Shown here: one piece after another, positions 10,206-21,251 of the stretch
How positions within the stretch are numbered: the first letter of the stretch is position 1
How the letters are laid out: the number at the start of each line of letters is the position of its first letter
Assembly (NCBI RefSeq): GCF_013004595.1
Contig: NZ_JABEMC010000001.1
Span: 682,001 to 746,000 of the forward strand
DNA from: Brevibacterium luteolum
GTDB taxonomy: Bacteria; Actinomycetota; Actinomycetes; Actinomycetales; Brevibacteriaceae
Reading direction: 5' to 3'
DNA length: 64,000 nucleotides
Position numbers and translations under genes: made by a program
The notes under the pieces: model-generated
Told to the model about the DNA's origin: nothing
The model's database searches: none
The model's input: the letters and a program-made list of their open reading frames with translations, nothing else

Positions 10206-11708
10206 ATGACTGACGCAATCGCACTGACTGAACCGGAAGCGGGCAACCGCACGCGCACCTATGAGGTCAAGACCTATGGGTGCCAGATGAACGTGCACGA
10301 TTCCGAACGGCTCTCCGGGCTCCTCGACGACGCCGGCTACGTCCGCGCAGACGCCGGCGACCAGGCCGACATCGTCGTGTTCAACACCTGCGCGGTGCGT
10401 GAGAACGCCGACAACCGCCTCTACGGAAACCTCGGCCGGCTCGCCCAGGTCAAGGAACAGCGCCCGGATCTGCAGATCGCCGTCGGCGGCTGCATGGCCC
10501 AGAAGGACCGCGACACGATCGTCAAGCGCGCCCCCTGGGTCGACGTCGTCTTCGGCACCCACAACATGGGTTCCCTGCCGGCCCTGCTCGACCGGGCCCG
10601 CCATAACAGGGAAGCACAGGTCGAGATCCTGGAAAGCCTCGACGTCTTCCCCTCGACCCTGCCGACAACCCGCGAATCGACGCATTCGGGCTGGGTGTCG
10701 ATCTCGGTCGGCTGCAACAACACCTGCACCTTCTGCATCGTCCCGGCCCTGCGCGGCAAGGAGAAGGACCGCCGGCCCGGCGACATCCTCGCCGAAGTCG
10801 AAGCGCTCGCAGCAGACGGCATCACTGAGGTGACGCTGCTGGGCCAGAACGTCAACTCCTACGGCGTCGAGTTCCGCGACCGTGGAGCGTTTGCCAAGCT
10901 GCTGCGCGCCGTCGGCGCCGTCGACGGCATCGAACGGGTCCGCTTCACCAGCCCCCATCCGGCAGCGTTCTCCGATGACGTCATCGCCGCGATGGCCGAG
11001 ACCCCGGCCGTCATGCCGCAGCTGCACATGCCGCTGCAGTCCGGCTCTGACCGCATCCTCAAGGCGATGCGCCGGTCGTATCGCACCAGCCGGTTCCTCA
11101 ACATCCTCGACAAGGTCCGCGACGCGATTCCGCATGCAGCCATCACCACCGACATCATCGTCGGCTTCCCCGGAGAGACCGAAGAGGACTTCCAGGCCAC
11201 GATGGACGTCGTGCGCCGGGCCCGCTTCAGCCAGGCCTTCACCTTCCAGTACTCGATCCGGCCGGGCACCCCGGCCGCGACGATGGACGACCAGGTTCCC
11301 AAGGAGGTCGTGCAGGAGCGCTTCGAACGCCTCGTCGCCCTCCAGGACGAAATCGCCTGGGAGGAGAACCGCAAGCTCATCGGCACCGACGTCAACGTGC
11401 TGGTCACCAAGACCGGAGATGCCGAACACGGCCGGATGACCGGCCGGGCCGAAGACAACCGGCTCGTCCACGTACGCATCGACTCCGCCGCCGAGGCGGT
11501 CCGCCCCGGCGACGTCGTCTCGACGACCGTGACCGAGGCCAAGCCGTACTTCCTCATCGCCGATGCCGCATACACCGTCCGCCGCACCCGCTCCGGAGAC
11601 GCCTGGGACCGCAGTCAGGCTGACAGCTGCGGCGCCCCTGCGAGCCCGGCAGCAGGGCCGGCCGGACCGACATCGCTGGGCATGCCGACGATCCGCACCC
11701 GCAGCTGA
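10206..11708 (+). CDS. miaB: tRNA-2-methylthio-N6-dimethylallyladenosine synthase
   Basis: TYGCQMN, NTCAVRE, radical [11 protein letters not shown], and a C-terminal TRAM domain. Confidence 0.97.
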   Translation: MTDAIALTEPEAGNRTRTYEVKTYGCQMNVHDSERLSGLLDDAGYVRADAGDQADIVVFNTCAVRENADNRLYGNLGRLAQVKEQRPDLQIAVGGCMAQKDRDTIVKRAPWVDVVFGTHNMGSLPALLDRARHNREAQVEILESLDVFPSTLPTTRESTHSGWVSISVGCNNTCTFCIVPALRGKEKDRRPGDILAEVEALAADGITEVTLLGQNVNSYGVEFRDRGAFAKLLRAVGAVDGIERVRFTSPHPAAFSDDVIAAMAETPAVMPQLHMPLQSGSDRILKAMRRSYRTSRFLNILDKVRDAIPHAAITTDIIVGFPGETEEDFQATMDVVRRARFSQAFTFQYSIRPGTPAATMDDQVPKEVVQERFERLVALQDEIAWEENRKLIGTDVNVLVTKTGDAEHGRMTGRAEDNRLVHVRIDSAAEAVRPGDVVSTTVTEAKPYFLIADAAYTVRRTRSGDAWDRSQADSCGAPASPAAGPAGPTSLGMPTIRTRS

Positions 11709-11709
11709 G

Positions 11710-12690
11710 ATGAATCCAGAGGACCGCACGACCCAGCGCGTCACGCCGGTCATCAACATCGTCGGCGCCACCGCCACCGGCAAATCCGACCTCGCCGTCG
11801 CACTGGCACAGCGCCTGCACGGCGAGATCATCAACGCCGATGCGATGCAGTTCTACCGCGGCATGGACATCGGCACAGCCAAGCTGCCCGTTGACGAACG
11901 CGGCGGCATCGAACACCACCTCATCGACATCCTCGACGTCGCCGAAGACGCCTCGGTCGCAGACTTTCAGACGCGTGCCCGGGCGATCATCAGCGATCTG
12001 CAGACCCGCCGCCTGGTGCCGATCCTCGTCGGCGGCTCCGGACTGTACGTGCGTGCGGCCACCGATGTCATGACCTTCCCCGGCACCGACCCATCCATTC
12101 GCACCCGGCTCGAAGACGAAGTCGCCGAGCACGGCCCCGGCAGTCTGCACGACAGGCTCGTCGCATTCGACCCGGCCGCCGCAGCGAAGATCACCACCGG
12201 TGACACCCGGCGGATCGTCCGCGCCCTAGAGGTCATCGAACTGACTGGCCAGCCCTTCACCGCCCACCTGCCCCGCTACGCGTACGCCATGCCGACCGTG
12301 CAGATCGGCCTGGCCGATGACCGGTCAGTGCTCAACGAGCGCATCGCCGCCCGCGTGGAGAGGATGTGGGAAGCCGGATGGGTCGACGAGGTCACCCGCC
12401 TGCTCGGTGAGGGGTTGCGGGAGGGCCGCACCGCCTCTCAGGCGATCGGCTACGCCCAGATCATCGACTATCTCGACGGCAAGACCACCGCCGAGGCGGC
12501 GATCGAGTCGACGATCATACGCACCCGTCAGTTCGCCAAACGGCAGCTGACCTGGTTCCGCCGCGACGAGCGCATCGAGTGGCTCGACGCCACCGACCCC
12601 GAGCTGGTGGAGAAGGCCGAAGTGCTGTACCGGCAGTGCTATGCTCACGGTGCCGAGACGCCGACGGCTGAAAGGGAGCCACGCCGATGA
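11710..12690 (+). CDS. miaA: tRNA dimethylallyltransferase
   Basis: GATATGKS, DAMQFYRGMDIGTAK, VGGSGLY and RQFAKRQLTWFR. Confidence 0.97.
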   Translation: MNPEDRTTQRVTPVINIVGATATGKSDLAVALAQRLHGEIINADAMQFYRGMDIGTAKLPVDERGGIEHHLIDILDVAEDASVADFQTRARAIISDLQTRRLVPILVGGSGLYVRAATDVMTFPGTDPSIRTRLEDEVAEHGPGSLHDRLVAFDPAAAAKITTGDTRRIVRALEVIELTGQPFTAHLPRYAYAMPTVQIGLADDRSVLNERIAARVERMWEAGWVDEVTRLLGEGLREGRTASQAIGYAQIIDYLDGKTTAEAAIESTIIRTRQFAKRQLTWFRRDERIEWLDATDPELVEKAEVLYRQCYAHGAETPTAEREPRR

Positions 12691-13643
12691 CCGACGCCCA
12701 CGCCGCAGACCACACCGCCGCACCGCCGGCGCTGTCGACCGGGCACGGCACCGCCAACGACTTCGTGTTCCTCTACGACCCCGCCGGCGAACAGGACCTC
12801 AACGCCGACCAGGTGGCACTCCTGTGCAACCGGCACAGCGGCATCGGCGCAGACGGCCTCATCCGCGTCATCCGCTGTGCTGCAGCCGGCATTCCCGAAG
12901 CGGTCACGGCCGCTGAAGCCGGAGCCGAATGGTTCATGGACTACCGCAATGCCGACGGCTCGATTGCTGAGATGTGCGGCAACGGCGTGCGCGCCTTCGC
13001 CCACTACCTGCGCAGCTACGACCTCGCCGCCGACCCCCAGACACTGCCGGTCGGCACCCGCGCCGGCGTCAAGACCGTGACGATCGAACCGGATCCGACA
13101 GGCGAATCCGAGGTCTGGTACCGCGTCGACATGGGCCGGTGGCAGCTGCCTGGCTCCGGCGACGGCGGCGCGGACACGCTCGTGCTCACCCGCGGCATCG
13201 ACGTCGCCCGGCCGGGCCTCGACGTCGATATGGGCAACCCGCACACCGTCGTCGCGCTCGCCTCAGCCGACGAGCTCGCCGCAGCTGAACTCACCTCTGC
13301 CCCGCAGCTCAACCCCGACCCGCCGGCCGGGGCCAACATCGAATACATCGTCATCGAACCCGACGGCGACGGCGACCCGACGACCGGCAGCCTGCGCATG
13401 CGCGTGTTCGAACGCGGCGTCGGCGAAACCCAGGCCTGCGGCACCGGAGCTTGCGCAGCCGCCCTGGCAGCCCACCACTGGGCCGGAGCCCACGGCCCGA
13501 TCCAATGGCTGGTCGACCAGCCCGGTGGCACGGTGCGCATCGACATCAACGGCCACCAGGTCAGCCTGAGTGGCCCAGCCGAACTCACCGCCGCGATCGA
13601 ACTGTCCGAACAGCTCAAGGCGCGCCTGCGCCGGCTGCTCTGA
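12687..13643 (+). CDS. dapF: Diaminopimelate epimerase
   Basis: HGTANDF, EMCGNGVR, MGNPH and ERGVGETQACGTGA. Confidence 0.96.
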   Translation: MTDAHAADHTAAPPALSTGHGTANDFVFLYDPAGEQDLNADQVALLCNRHSGIGADGLIRVIRCAAAGIPEAVTAAEAGAEWFMDYRNADGSIAEMCGNGVRAFAHYLRSYDLAADPQTLPVGTRAGVKTVTIEPDPTGESEVWYRVDMGRWQLPGSGDGGADTLVLTRGIDVARPGLDVDMGNPHTVVALASADELAAAELTSAPQLNPDPPAGANIEYIVIEPDGDGDPTTGSLRMRVFERGVGETQACGTGACAAALAAHHWAGAHGPIQWLVDQPGGTVRIDINGHQVSLSGPAELTAAIELSEQLKARLRRLL

Positions 13644-13679
13644 ACCGCCTCGGGAACGGCCAGGCGGCCAGCCAGCCGC

Positions 13680-14300
13680 TCAGTCGGCCAGACGCTCGAT
13701 GCGCAGGATCCGGAAGCCCTTCGATGTCATCGTTCGCTCCACGGCGTATGTCTCGCCGAGCTCGCTGCGCAGCCAGGTGAGCAGCGAATCAGCACCGAGC
13801 TTCTTGGCCACCACCAGCCACGCCGTACCGCCGGGCGCAAGGCGGGGCAGCCATGTGAGCAGCAGCTCGTGCAGTACGGCCTTGCCCACTCGGATCGGCG
13901 GGTTCGAATAGATCGCAGCGAACCGCACCTGAGGCGGGATGTCTGCTGCGGTCACCGCATGAATCGAGCCCAGCCCCAGGTCGGCGGCATTGCGGCGGAC
14001 CAGATCGAGGGCGCGCTCATTGACATCAAGGGCCCAGATACGCGGGTGCGTGCCGGCATCAGCGCCGGTGAGGGCGGTGTGCATGGCGACCGGCCCCCAG
14101 CCGCAGCCCAGGTCGAGCACATCACCGGCAGGCGGGTGGGGGATCTCGTCGAGCAGCACACGCGTGCCGGTGTCGAGATGACCGGGGGAGAAGACCCCGG
14201 CAGCCGTCGAGACGCTGAGCTCGCGGCCTGCCAGGCGCACATCGATGGTGCGCAGCTGCGCGTCGCTGGCCGGCTGGGCGGAGAAGTAGTGCTCGTTCAT
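13680..14300 (-). CDS. Class I SAM-dependent methyltransferase (RsmC/MTS-like)
   Basis: MNEHYFS, GVFSPGHLDTGT, LDLGCGWG and SNPPIRVGK. TAGGAT -10 lies 7 nt upstream of the ATG at 14300. Confidence 0.9.
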   Translation of the reverse strand: MNEHYFSAQPASDAQLRTIDVRLAGRELSVSTAAGVFSPGHLDTGTRVLLDEIPHPPAGDVLDLGCGWGPVAMHTALTGADAGTHPRIWALDVNERALDLVRRNAADLGLGSIHAVTAADIPPQVRFAAIYSNPPIRVGKAVLHELLLTWLPRLAPGGTAWLVVAKKLGADSLLTWLRSELGETYAVERTMTSKGFRILRIERLAD

Positions 14301-14384
14301 CGCCACCATCCTACGGTGCGCGCAGGGCGCAGACGCCGGTGCCGTGTGGGACAATAGAAGACCGCCAGAGAAGAAATGAGGACG

Positions 14385-16025
14385 ATGCCAAGCGATTCCC
14401 ATCGCCGTCACCGTGCAGACGAGACCACCCCAGCCGCCGAAGCCGGCCGGCCAGCAGAGGAAGCCGGCCAGCCAGCAGAGACCGAGCGCAGCCGCGACGA
14501 CGCGATGATCGACCGGATCCTCTCCCGCGGCGGCTCCGCACTCACCGACGAGGATCGCGTCCACCAGGACGACAGCCAGTTCGATGCGCTCGAGCGCGAG
14601 GCGCTGCGCCGGGTCTCTGGACTCTCAACCGAACTCGAAGACGTCACCGAGGTCGAATACCGGCAGCTGCGCCTGGAGAAGGTCGTGCTCGCCGGCATCT
14701 GGACGCGCGGGACCGCTGCCGAGGCCGAGGAATCGCTGCGTGAGCTCGCCTCCCTTGCCGAGACAGCCGGCTCGACCGTGCTCGACGGTGTGCTGCAGCG
14801 CCGCGACCACCCGGACCCCGGCACGTATCTGGGACGCGGCAAGGCACAGGAGCTGGCCGAGATCGTCGCCGCCGTCGGCGCTGACACCGTCATCGTCGAC
14901 ACAGAGCTGGCACCCAGCCAGCGCCGCGGCCTGGAGGACGTCATCAAGGTCAAGGTCATCGACCGGGTCGCACTCATCCTCGACATCTTCGCCCAGCACG
15001 CCAAGAGCCGCGAGGGCAAAGCCCAGGTCGAACTCGCCCAGCTCGAATACCTGCTGCCGCGCCTGCGCGGCTGGGGTGAGTCGATGTCCCGGCAGGCCGG
15101 CGGCCGAGTCGCCGGTGGTGAGGGAATCGGCTCGCGCGGCCCCGGTGAGACGAAGATCGAACTCGACCGCCGCCGCATCCGCACCCGGATGGCCAAGCTG
15201 CGCCGCCAGATCGCTGATATGACACCGGCACGGGAGACCAAGCGCGCCAACCGGCAGCGCCACCAGGTGCCCGCTGTGGCGATCGTCGGTTACACCAATG
15301 CCGGGAAGTCCTCCCTGCTCAACCGGCTCACCGACGCCGATGTCATGGTCCGCAACGAGCTCTTCGCCACCCTGGATCCCACTGTGCGGCAGGCGACGAC
15401 CGAGGACGGCCGCGCCTTCACGTTCACCGACACCGTCGGGTTCGTGCGCAACTTGCCGCATCAGCTCGTCGAGGCCTTCCGCTCCACACTGGAGGAGGCA
15501 ACGTTCGCTGATGTGCTCTTGCACGTCGTCGACGCCGCTCACCCCGACCCGCACGGGCAGCTGGCAGCCGTGCGCGAGGTGCTCGCCGAGGCCGACACCG
15601 ATGACATCGCCGAGCTCATCGTGTTCAACAAGTCCGATCTGGCCGACCCGGATGTGCTCACCGGCCTGCTCGCCCGCTATCCGGAGGCCGTCGCCGTCTC
15701 CGCAGCGACCGGCGACGGCATCGATGAGCTGCGTGAGAGGCTGGCCGGCCTGCTGCCGACACCCGATCACGAGGTGACGGTGCTGCTGCCCTATGACCGC
15801 GGCGACCTCGTCTCCCGCATCCATGACGAGGGCACCGTGCTTGTTGAGAAGCACCTGCCGGAAGGCACAGCCGTGCAGGCGAAGGTCGACGCCGACCTGC
15901 TCGCAGCCCTGGAGGAGTTCCGCAAGCCGGACATGTTCGCAGGCCAGGAGCACCTCCCGGCAGACGCGAACACCGGAGCTGAGTCCGAAGCCGGGGCGCA
16001 AGCTGCCGCCGGCCACCGCACATGA
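14385..16025 (+). CDS. hflX: GTPase HflX
   Basis: GPGETKIELDRR, GYTNAGKSSL, LFATLDPT, DTVGF and NKSD. Start is uncertain (14376 or 14385). Confidence 0.96.
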   Translation: MPSDSHRRHRADETTPAAEAGRPAEEAGQPAETERSRDDAMIDRILSRGGSALTDEDRVHQDDSQFDALEREALRRVSGLSTELEDVTEVEYRQLRLEKVVLAGIWTRGTAAEAEESLRELASLAETAGSTVLDGVLQRRDHPDPGTYLGRGKAQELAEIVAAVGADTVIVDTELAPSQRRGLEDVIKVKVIDRVALILDIFAQHAKSREGKAQVELAQLEYLLPRLRGWGESMSRQAGGRVAGGEGIGSRGPGETKIELDRRRIRTRMAKLRRQIADMTPARETKRANRQRHQVPAVAIVGYTNAGKSSLLNRLTDADVMVRNELFATLDPTVRQATTEDGRAFTFTDTVGFVRNLPHQLVEAFRSTLEEATFADVLLHVVDAAHPDPHGQLAAVREVLAEADTDDIAELIVFNKSDLADPDVLTGLLARYPEAVAVSAATGDGIDELRERLAGLLPTPDHEVTVLLPYDRGDLVSRIHDEGTVLVEKHLPEGTAVQAKVDADLLAALEEFRKPDMFAGQEHLPADANTGAESEAGAQAAAGHRT

Positions 16026-17995
16026 GCCGGATTCCGCCGCTGCTGGAGACTGCGGTCTCGGCACTGGGCGGATCACCGCGCCGGGGACAGCAGGACATGG
16101 CCGAGGCGGTCGGGGCGGCACTCGACAACGGCTCCCACCTCCTCGTCCAGGCCGGAACCGGCACCGGAAAGTCCCTGGCCTACCTCGTCCCGGCCGTCGA
16201 ATACGCCGTGCGCACCGGTGAGCGCGTCATCGTCTCCACCGCCACCCTGGCGCTGCAGGCCCAGATCATCGACCGCGACCTGCCGCGCATGGTCAAGGCG
16301 ATCAAGGGCGAACTCGACGCACGGCCGCGCGCAGCCGTGCTCAAGGGGCGGCGCAACTATCTGTGCAAACACAAGCTCGACGGCGGCTACCCCGACGACG
16401 GCGACACCACCCTCTTCGACCTCGGCGCCGACGGCGCTGCCCACCGCGGCGGCTCGGTAATCACCGCGCTGGGGGAGGAGATCCAGCGCATCCGCTCCTG
16501 GGAGCGCACCACCGACACCGGCGACCGCGACGACCTCACCCCCGGTGTCTCCGACCGTGCCTGGGCGCAGGTCTCGGTCAATTCCTTCGACTGCCTGGGC
16601 AGCAGATGCCCGATGTTCGAGGAGTGCTTCGCCGAACGCGCCAAGATCCGGGCAGCCGAAGCCGACGTCGTGGTGACCAACCATGCGCTGCTGGCCATCG
16701 ACTCCTTCGGCGAGGCCAACGTCCTGCCCGAACACGGCGCCGTCATCGTCGACGAAGCCCACGAGCTGCGCGACCGGGTGACGAACGCACTGACCGGATC
16801 GCTCACCGTCACGATGCTCAACGCGGCGGCCTCCTCGGCACGCAAGCACACCTCGGCGCAGGAATCGAGCATCGAGAATCTCACGACCGCCGCCAGCGCA
16901 CTCGAACGCGCACTCGAACACGCCAGCGAGGGGCTCATCGTGCGCTGGCCCGAGGACCTCGCCGCGGCGGTGCGCCAGATCCGGGATGCCGCCAGCCGGC
17001 TGCTGTCGGATACCAACGGAAACGAAGCCAAGGACGCTGACGCCGGCCGGCAGATGGCCCGCGCCCGCGTCCAGGAGGTCTTCGACCTCGCCGAACGGAT
17101 GGCCGAACCGGACAGCAACGACGTCTCCTGGGTCAGCCGCAGCACCTTCCGCGAGAACACCACCACCTCGCTCGTCGTCGCCCCGCTCAGCGTCGCCGGC
17201 ACCATGCGCAACGGTCTCTTCGCCGAAGCCACCGTCATCGCCACCTCGGCGACGCTGGCTCTGGGCGGGAAGTTCGAACCGGTCGCCGCCTCGCTCGGTC
17301 TCGCCGGGCCCGAAGCGCCGGCCTACGATGCGATCGACGTCGGCTCCCCGTTCTCCTACGACAAGCAGGGGATCCTCTACGTCGCTGGACACCTGCCCAA
17401 GCCGGGCAGGGGAGGGCTGAGCGAGGAGACCCTGGAGGAGCTGCGCGAACTCGTGACAGCCTCCGGCGGCGGCACCCTCGGGCTGTTCTCGTCGAAGAGC
17501 GCTGCCGAACAGGCGGCCACTGTGCTGCGCGAGCACCTGCCGATGCCGATTCTGCTGCAGGGCGAGGACACCCTCTCAGCACTCGTCAGCCGGTTCGCCG
17601 CCGAACCCGACACCTGCCTGTTCGGCACCATGTCGCTGTGGCAGGGCGTCGACGTGCCCGGGCGGACCTGCCGGCTCGTCGTCATCGACCGGATTCCTTT
17701 CCCACGCCCCGACGACCCGCTCGCACTCGCCCGCACCCATGCTGCAGCCCAGCGCGGTGCCAACGGGTTCATGACCGTCAGCGCCACCCATGCCGCACTG
17801 CGCCTGGCGCAGGGGGCCGGGCGGCTCATCCGCTCCGTGCAGGATCAGGGCGTCGTCGCCGTGCTCGACTCCCGGCTGCGCACCGCCGGCTATGCGGGGT
17901 TCCTGCTCGCCTCGCTGCCGCCGATGTGGCGGACTGACAATCCGGCCCTCGTGCGCGATGCGCTCACCCGGCTGGCACCCAGCGGCGAAGACTGA
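16022..17995 (+). CDS. dinG: ATP-dependent DNA helicase, DinG family
   Basis: QAGTGTGKSLAYL, KGRRNYLC, DEAH, TSATL, WQGVDVPG and QGAGRLIR. Confidence 0.93.
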   Translation: MSRIPPLLETAVSALGGSPRRGQQDMAEAVGAALDNGSHLLVQAGTGTGKSLAYLVPAVEYAVRTGERVIVSTATLALQAQIIDRDLPRMVKAIKGELDARPRAAVLKGRRNYLCKHKLDGGYPDDGDTTLFDLGADGAAHRGGSVITALGEEIQRIRSWERTTDTGDRDDLTPGVSDRAWAQVSVNSFDCLGSRCPMFEECFAERAKIRAAEADVVVTNHALLAIDSFGEANVLPEHGAVIVDEAHELRDRVTNALTGSLTVTMLNAAASSARKHTSAQESSIENLTTAASALERALEHASEGLIVRWPEDLAAAVRQIRDAASRLLSDTNGNEAKDADAGRQMARARVQEVFDLAERMAEPDSNDVSWVSRSTFRENTTTSLVVAPLSVAGTMRNGLFAEATVIATSATLALGGKFEPVAASLGLAGPEAPAYDAIDVGSPFSYDKQGILYVAGHLPKPGRGGLSEETLEELRELVTASGGGTLGLFSSKSAAEQAATVLREHLPMPILLQGEDTLSALVSRFAAEPDTCLFGTMSLWQGVDVPGRTCRLVVIDRIPFPRPDDPLALARTHAAAQRGANGFMTVSATHAALRLAQGAGRLIRSVQDQGVVAVLDSRLRTAGYAGFLLASLPPMWRTDNPALVRDALTRLAPSGED

Positions 17996-18117
17996 CCCAC
18001 ACAGGGAACGGACGCGGCATAGACGAAGACTGATCCGCACAGCGAACTGACTCTGCACAGACAGCTGCGGCGCCCGGTCCCAAGACCAGGCGCCGCAGTG
18101 CTGTGTTCCAGGCGTGC

Positions 18118-18879
18118 TCAGACGCGGCGGATGACCGCGACGACGATGCCCATGATCGTGGCATAGGTGCCGTCGATGGGATCGTAGTCCTTGTTCTCCG
18201 GCAGCAGCCACTGCACACCGTCACGGCGCTGCAGCCGCTTGACGGTCGCCTCATCGTCGAGGAGGGCCGCGACGATCTCACCGTTCTCAGCCGTCGGCTG
18301 CTTGCGCACCACGACCCAGTCGCCGTCGCAGATCGCAGCTTCGATCATCGAGTCGCCGACCACGTTGAGCAGGAACAGCTCACCGCTGCCGACCACCTGA
18401 CGCGGCAGCGAGAAGACGTCCTCGACGGATTCCTCGGCCAGCACCGGTCCGCCGGCTGCGATCCGGCCGAGCACCGGCACCTGGGCCAGATTCGACGATT
18501 CGATGAACGCCTCCTCGACTGCCTTGGCAGCCTCATCGGCGGGATTGACGATCTCGATGGCGCGCGGCCGGCGCGGATCCCGGCGCAGATAGCCGAGGCG
18601 CTCGAGCTGGGCGAGCTGGTGCGCCACGCTGGACAGCGAGGCCAGCCCGGCGGCCTTGCCGATCTCGCGCATGCTCGGCGGGTAGCCGTTGTCGATGACC
18701 GCCTGCTCGATGGTCTGCAGGACGATCTTCTGACGGGGAGTCAGACGCCGGTCGTCGGCACCGACCATGTTGAGCGAGTCCTCGGTGTCGATTCCCCGAC
18801 GAGCGCGGAACTCCTCGATCTCGGAGATGATGTCCTCGTTGCGGGGACGTCCCCGCCCTCTCTTCTTCTGTTCGGCCAT
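18118..18879 (-). CDS. lexA: SOS repressor LexA with N-terminal extension
   Basis: [15 protein letters not shown], cleavage site IAAG, catalytic GDSM and ATVKR. GGGGAAG RBS before the ATG. Confidence 0.97.
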   Translation of the reverse strand: MAEQKKRGRGRPRNEDIISEIEEFRARRGIDTEDSLNMVGADDRRLTPRQKIVLQTIEQAVIDNGYPPSMREIGKAAGLASLSSVAHQLAQLERLGYLRRDPRRPRAIEIVNPADEAAKAVEEAFIESSNLAQVPVLGRIAAGGPVLAEESVEDVFSLPRQVVGSGELFLLNVVGDSMIEAAICDGDWVVVRKQPTAENGEIVAALLDDEATVKRLQRRDGVQWLLPENKDYDPIDGTYATIMGIVVAVIRRV

Positions 18880-18960
18880 TGCTTCCCCCGTGTGCAGTCG
18901 AGCGTCGTTCCTGGTCAGCGAGCGATGTCAGTGCCTGGTGACAGTCTTTCCATCAGACCC

Positions 18961-19050
18961 GCGAACTTCCGTTCGAATCCATTTTCGCACAGATGTTCGC
19001 AGGGACTGGACATTTCTTCGAATATGTCCTTAAATAGTACATGTGTTCGA
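18961..19050. promoter_or_regulatory. Three LexA SOS boxes in the divergent lexA / LysM-gene intergenic region
   Basis: GCGAAC-ttcc-GTTCGA at 18961-18976, TCGCAC-agat-GTTCGC at 18985-19000 and TAGTAC-atgt-GTTCGA at 19035-19050. Confidence 0.85.
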
Positions 19051-19134
19051 GTCTCCGGTCTGACGGAGGGAAGCCGGCAGGCCGGGACTCAGCGCAACAG
19101 CCTGCTAGGGAAGACAGGATCTGAGGAGGACACC

Positions 19135-19497
19135 ATGAGCACAGCAGCGATGAACGCGTGGAGCCGCGCCGGTGCGCCGCACCGCACGTGGCGGCTGACC
19201 CCGCGGGGCAAGCAGGGTCTGCGTCTGCTGCGCACCATCGCGATGGCAGCCGTCATCGCCGGTGCAGCAGCACTGCTGGTGCTCATGGTGCGTCCTCAGC
19301 AGGCCATCGGCAGCGCCGAGCCGGTCGTCCCGGCCGAGACCGTCATCGTCGAGCAGGGCCAGTCGCTGTGGACCATCGCCGCTGAGGCAACCGGCAGCGG
19401 TGACCCGCGCGATACGATGCAGGCGATCATCGAGATGAATGGTCTGGAATCCTCAGTCGTCCACCCCGGGCAGGAACTCGAAGTCCCCGCTCGATAG
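19135..19497 (+). CDS. Membrane-anchored LysM protein, ChiZ/YneA-like SOS cell-division inhibitor
   Basis: RLTPRG, one TM helix, and a C-terminal LysM (VEQGQSLWTIA...IIEMNGLESSVVHPGQELEVP). GAGGAGG RBS. Divergent from lexA. Confidence 0.88.
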   Translation: MSTAAMNAWSRAGAPHRTWRLTPRGKQGLRLLRTIAMAAVIAGAAALLVLMVRPQQAIGSAEPVVPAETVIVEQGQSLWTIAAEATGSGDPRDTMQAIIEMNGLESSVVHPGQELEVPAR

Positions 19498-19506
19498 ACT
19501 GGTGCG

Positions 19507-20652
19507 GTGCTAACGCTCAGTGATCTTCCGCTAAGAGACGACCTGCGCGGCAGAGAGCCCTACGGGGCGCCGCAACTGGCCGTCGACGTCGCTCTCAACG
19601 TCAACGAGAACTCCCATCCGGTGCCGCCGACCGTCGTCGATGCAGTGCGCCGTGCCGTTGATGCGCAGCTGCGCGGGCTCAACCGCTACCCCGACCGGGA
19701 ATTCACCCGCCTGCGTGAGCTGCTCCTGACCTACGTGCAGGATTTCTCCTCTCGTCAGTCGGGTGACGGATCGACGCCAGCTGGCTTCCTCACCGCCGAA
19801 TGGCTGTGGGCAGCCAACGGCTCGAACGAGGTCCTGTCCCACATCCTGCAGGCGTTCGGCGGTCCCGGACGCACCGCACTCGGCTTCGTGCCCAGCTACT
19901 CGATGCACCCGCTCATCACGCAGTCGACCGGGGCCCGCTGGATCGCCGTCGACCGGGGTGAGGACTTCAGCCTCAGCGCCGAGACCGCGGCTGCGGCCGT
20001 ACGCGAGCATCAGCCCGATGTCGTGTTCCTGTGCACGCCGAACAACCCCACCGGCGGGGGACTGCCCGCCGAGGTCATCGAAGCGGTGCTGCACGCCAGC
20101 ACCGGCATCGTCATCGTCGACGAGGCCTACGCGGAATTCGCCCGGCCCGGATACACCACCGCCGTGCACCTGCTGCGCGAGAACCCGCGCCTGGTCGTCT
20201 CACGCACGATGAGCAAGGCCTTCGCCTTCGCCGGCGTGCGCCTCGGATACGCCATCGCCCACCCGGCCGTGACCGACGCGCTGCGCCTTGTGCGTCTGCC
20301 GTACCACCTCTCGGCCCTGACCCAGGCCGCAGCCTGCGCCGCACTGGAGCACACCCCGGTGCTGCTCGACAACGTCGAAGCGCTCATCGCCGAGCGCGAC
20401 CGCATGGTCGCCGCGCTGACAGAGCTCGGCTTCGACGTCGCGGAGACCGATGCGAACTTCGTGCTCTTCGGCGGCGTGTCCGACACAAGACTGCTGTGGC
20501 AGCGCCTGCTCGACGCCGGCGTGCTCATCCGCGATATCGGCATTCCCGGACACCTGCGCGTCAACGCGGGCACCACCGAGGAGACCACCGCTTTCATCGA
20601 GGCCATCAGCGCCATCGTCGCCGCCCACCCTGAGACCCTGGAGAACCTATGA
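19507..20652 (+). CDS. hisC: Histidinol-phosphate aminotransferase
   Basis: LNVNEN, NGSNE, PNNPTG, DEAY and [16 protein letters not shown]. Confidence 0.96.
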   Translation: MLTLSDLPLRDDLRGREPYGAPQLAVDVALNVNENSHPVPPTVVDAVRRAVDAQLRGLNRYPDREFTRLRELLLTYVQDFSSRQSGDGSTPAGFLTAEWLWAANGSNEVLSHILQAFGGPGRTALGFVPSYSMHPLITQSTGARWIAVDRGEDFSLSAETAAAAVREHQPDVVFLCTPNNPTGGGLPAEVIEAVLHASTGIVIVDEAYAEFARPGYTTAVHLLRENPRLVVSRTMSKAFAFAGVRLGYAIAHPAVTDALRLVRLPYHLSALTQAAACAALEHTPVLLDNVEALIAERDRMVAALTELGFDVAETDANFVLFGGVSDTRLLWQRLLDAGVLIRDIGIPGHLRVNAGTTEETTAFIEAISAIVAAHPETLENL

Positions 20653-21251
20653 CAGGCCGCACCGCCACCTCCACCCGCCGCACAAGCGAATCGAATGTCG
20701 AGGTCACCATCAACCTCGACGGCTCCGGTCAGGCTGACATCTCGACGACCGTGCCGTTCTTCGACCACATGCTCACCGCACTGGCCAAGCACTCGCTGTG
20801 CGACCTGACCGTCAAAGCCTCCGGTGACACCCACATCGACGTTCACCACACCGTCGAGGACACCGCCATCGTCATCGGCGACGCCATGCGCGAGGCGCTG
20901 GGGGACAAGGCCGGCATCCGCCGCTACGGCGATGCCGCTGTGCCGCTGGACGAAGCCCTGGCGCACTGCGTCATCGACATCTCCGGCCGCCCCTACTTCG
21001 TCCACACCGGCGAACCCGAAGGTCAGCAGTACCACCTCATCGGCGGGCACTTCACCGGCTCGATGGTCGGACATGCCCTCGAATCGCTGTCGGTCCACGC
21101 CGGTATCACCGCCCACCTGCGGCTGCTGGCGGGCCGGGACCCGCACCACATCGCCGAGGCCCAGTTCAAGGCCTTCGCACGCGCGCTGCGAACCGCGCTT
21201 GAAGACGACCCCCGCACCACCGCTGTGCCGAGCACGAAGGGAGCCCTGTGA
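20649..21251 (+). CDS. hisB: Imidazoleglycerol-phosphate dehydratase
   Basis: [28 protein letters not shown] and PSTKGAL. Confidence 0.97.
   Translation: MTGRTATSTRRTSESNVEVTINLDGSGQADISTTVPFFDHMLTALAKHSLCDLTVKASGDTHIDVHHTVEDTAIVIGDAMREALGDKAGIRRYGDAAVPLDEALAHCVIDISGRPYFVHTGEPEGQQYHLIGGHFTGSMVGHALESLSVHAGITAHLRLLAGRDPHHIAEAQFKAFARALRTALEDDPRTTAVPSTKGAL

Noticed and set aside
14439..14480. 21-bp tandem duplication in the hflX 5' region (EAGRPAE/EAGQPAE)
   Set aside because: An in-frame low-complexity duplication in a disordered N-terminus, with no sign of function.
18103..19134. 464-aa ORF apparently fusing lexA-antisense sequence to the LysM gene
   Set aside because: Only the last 120 codons (RBS plus ATG at 19135) look like a real protein.
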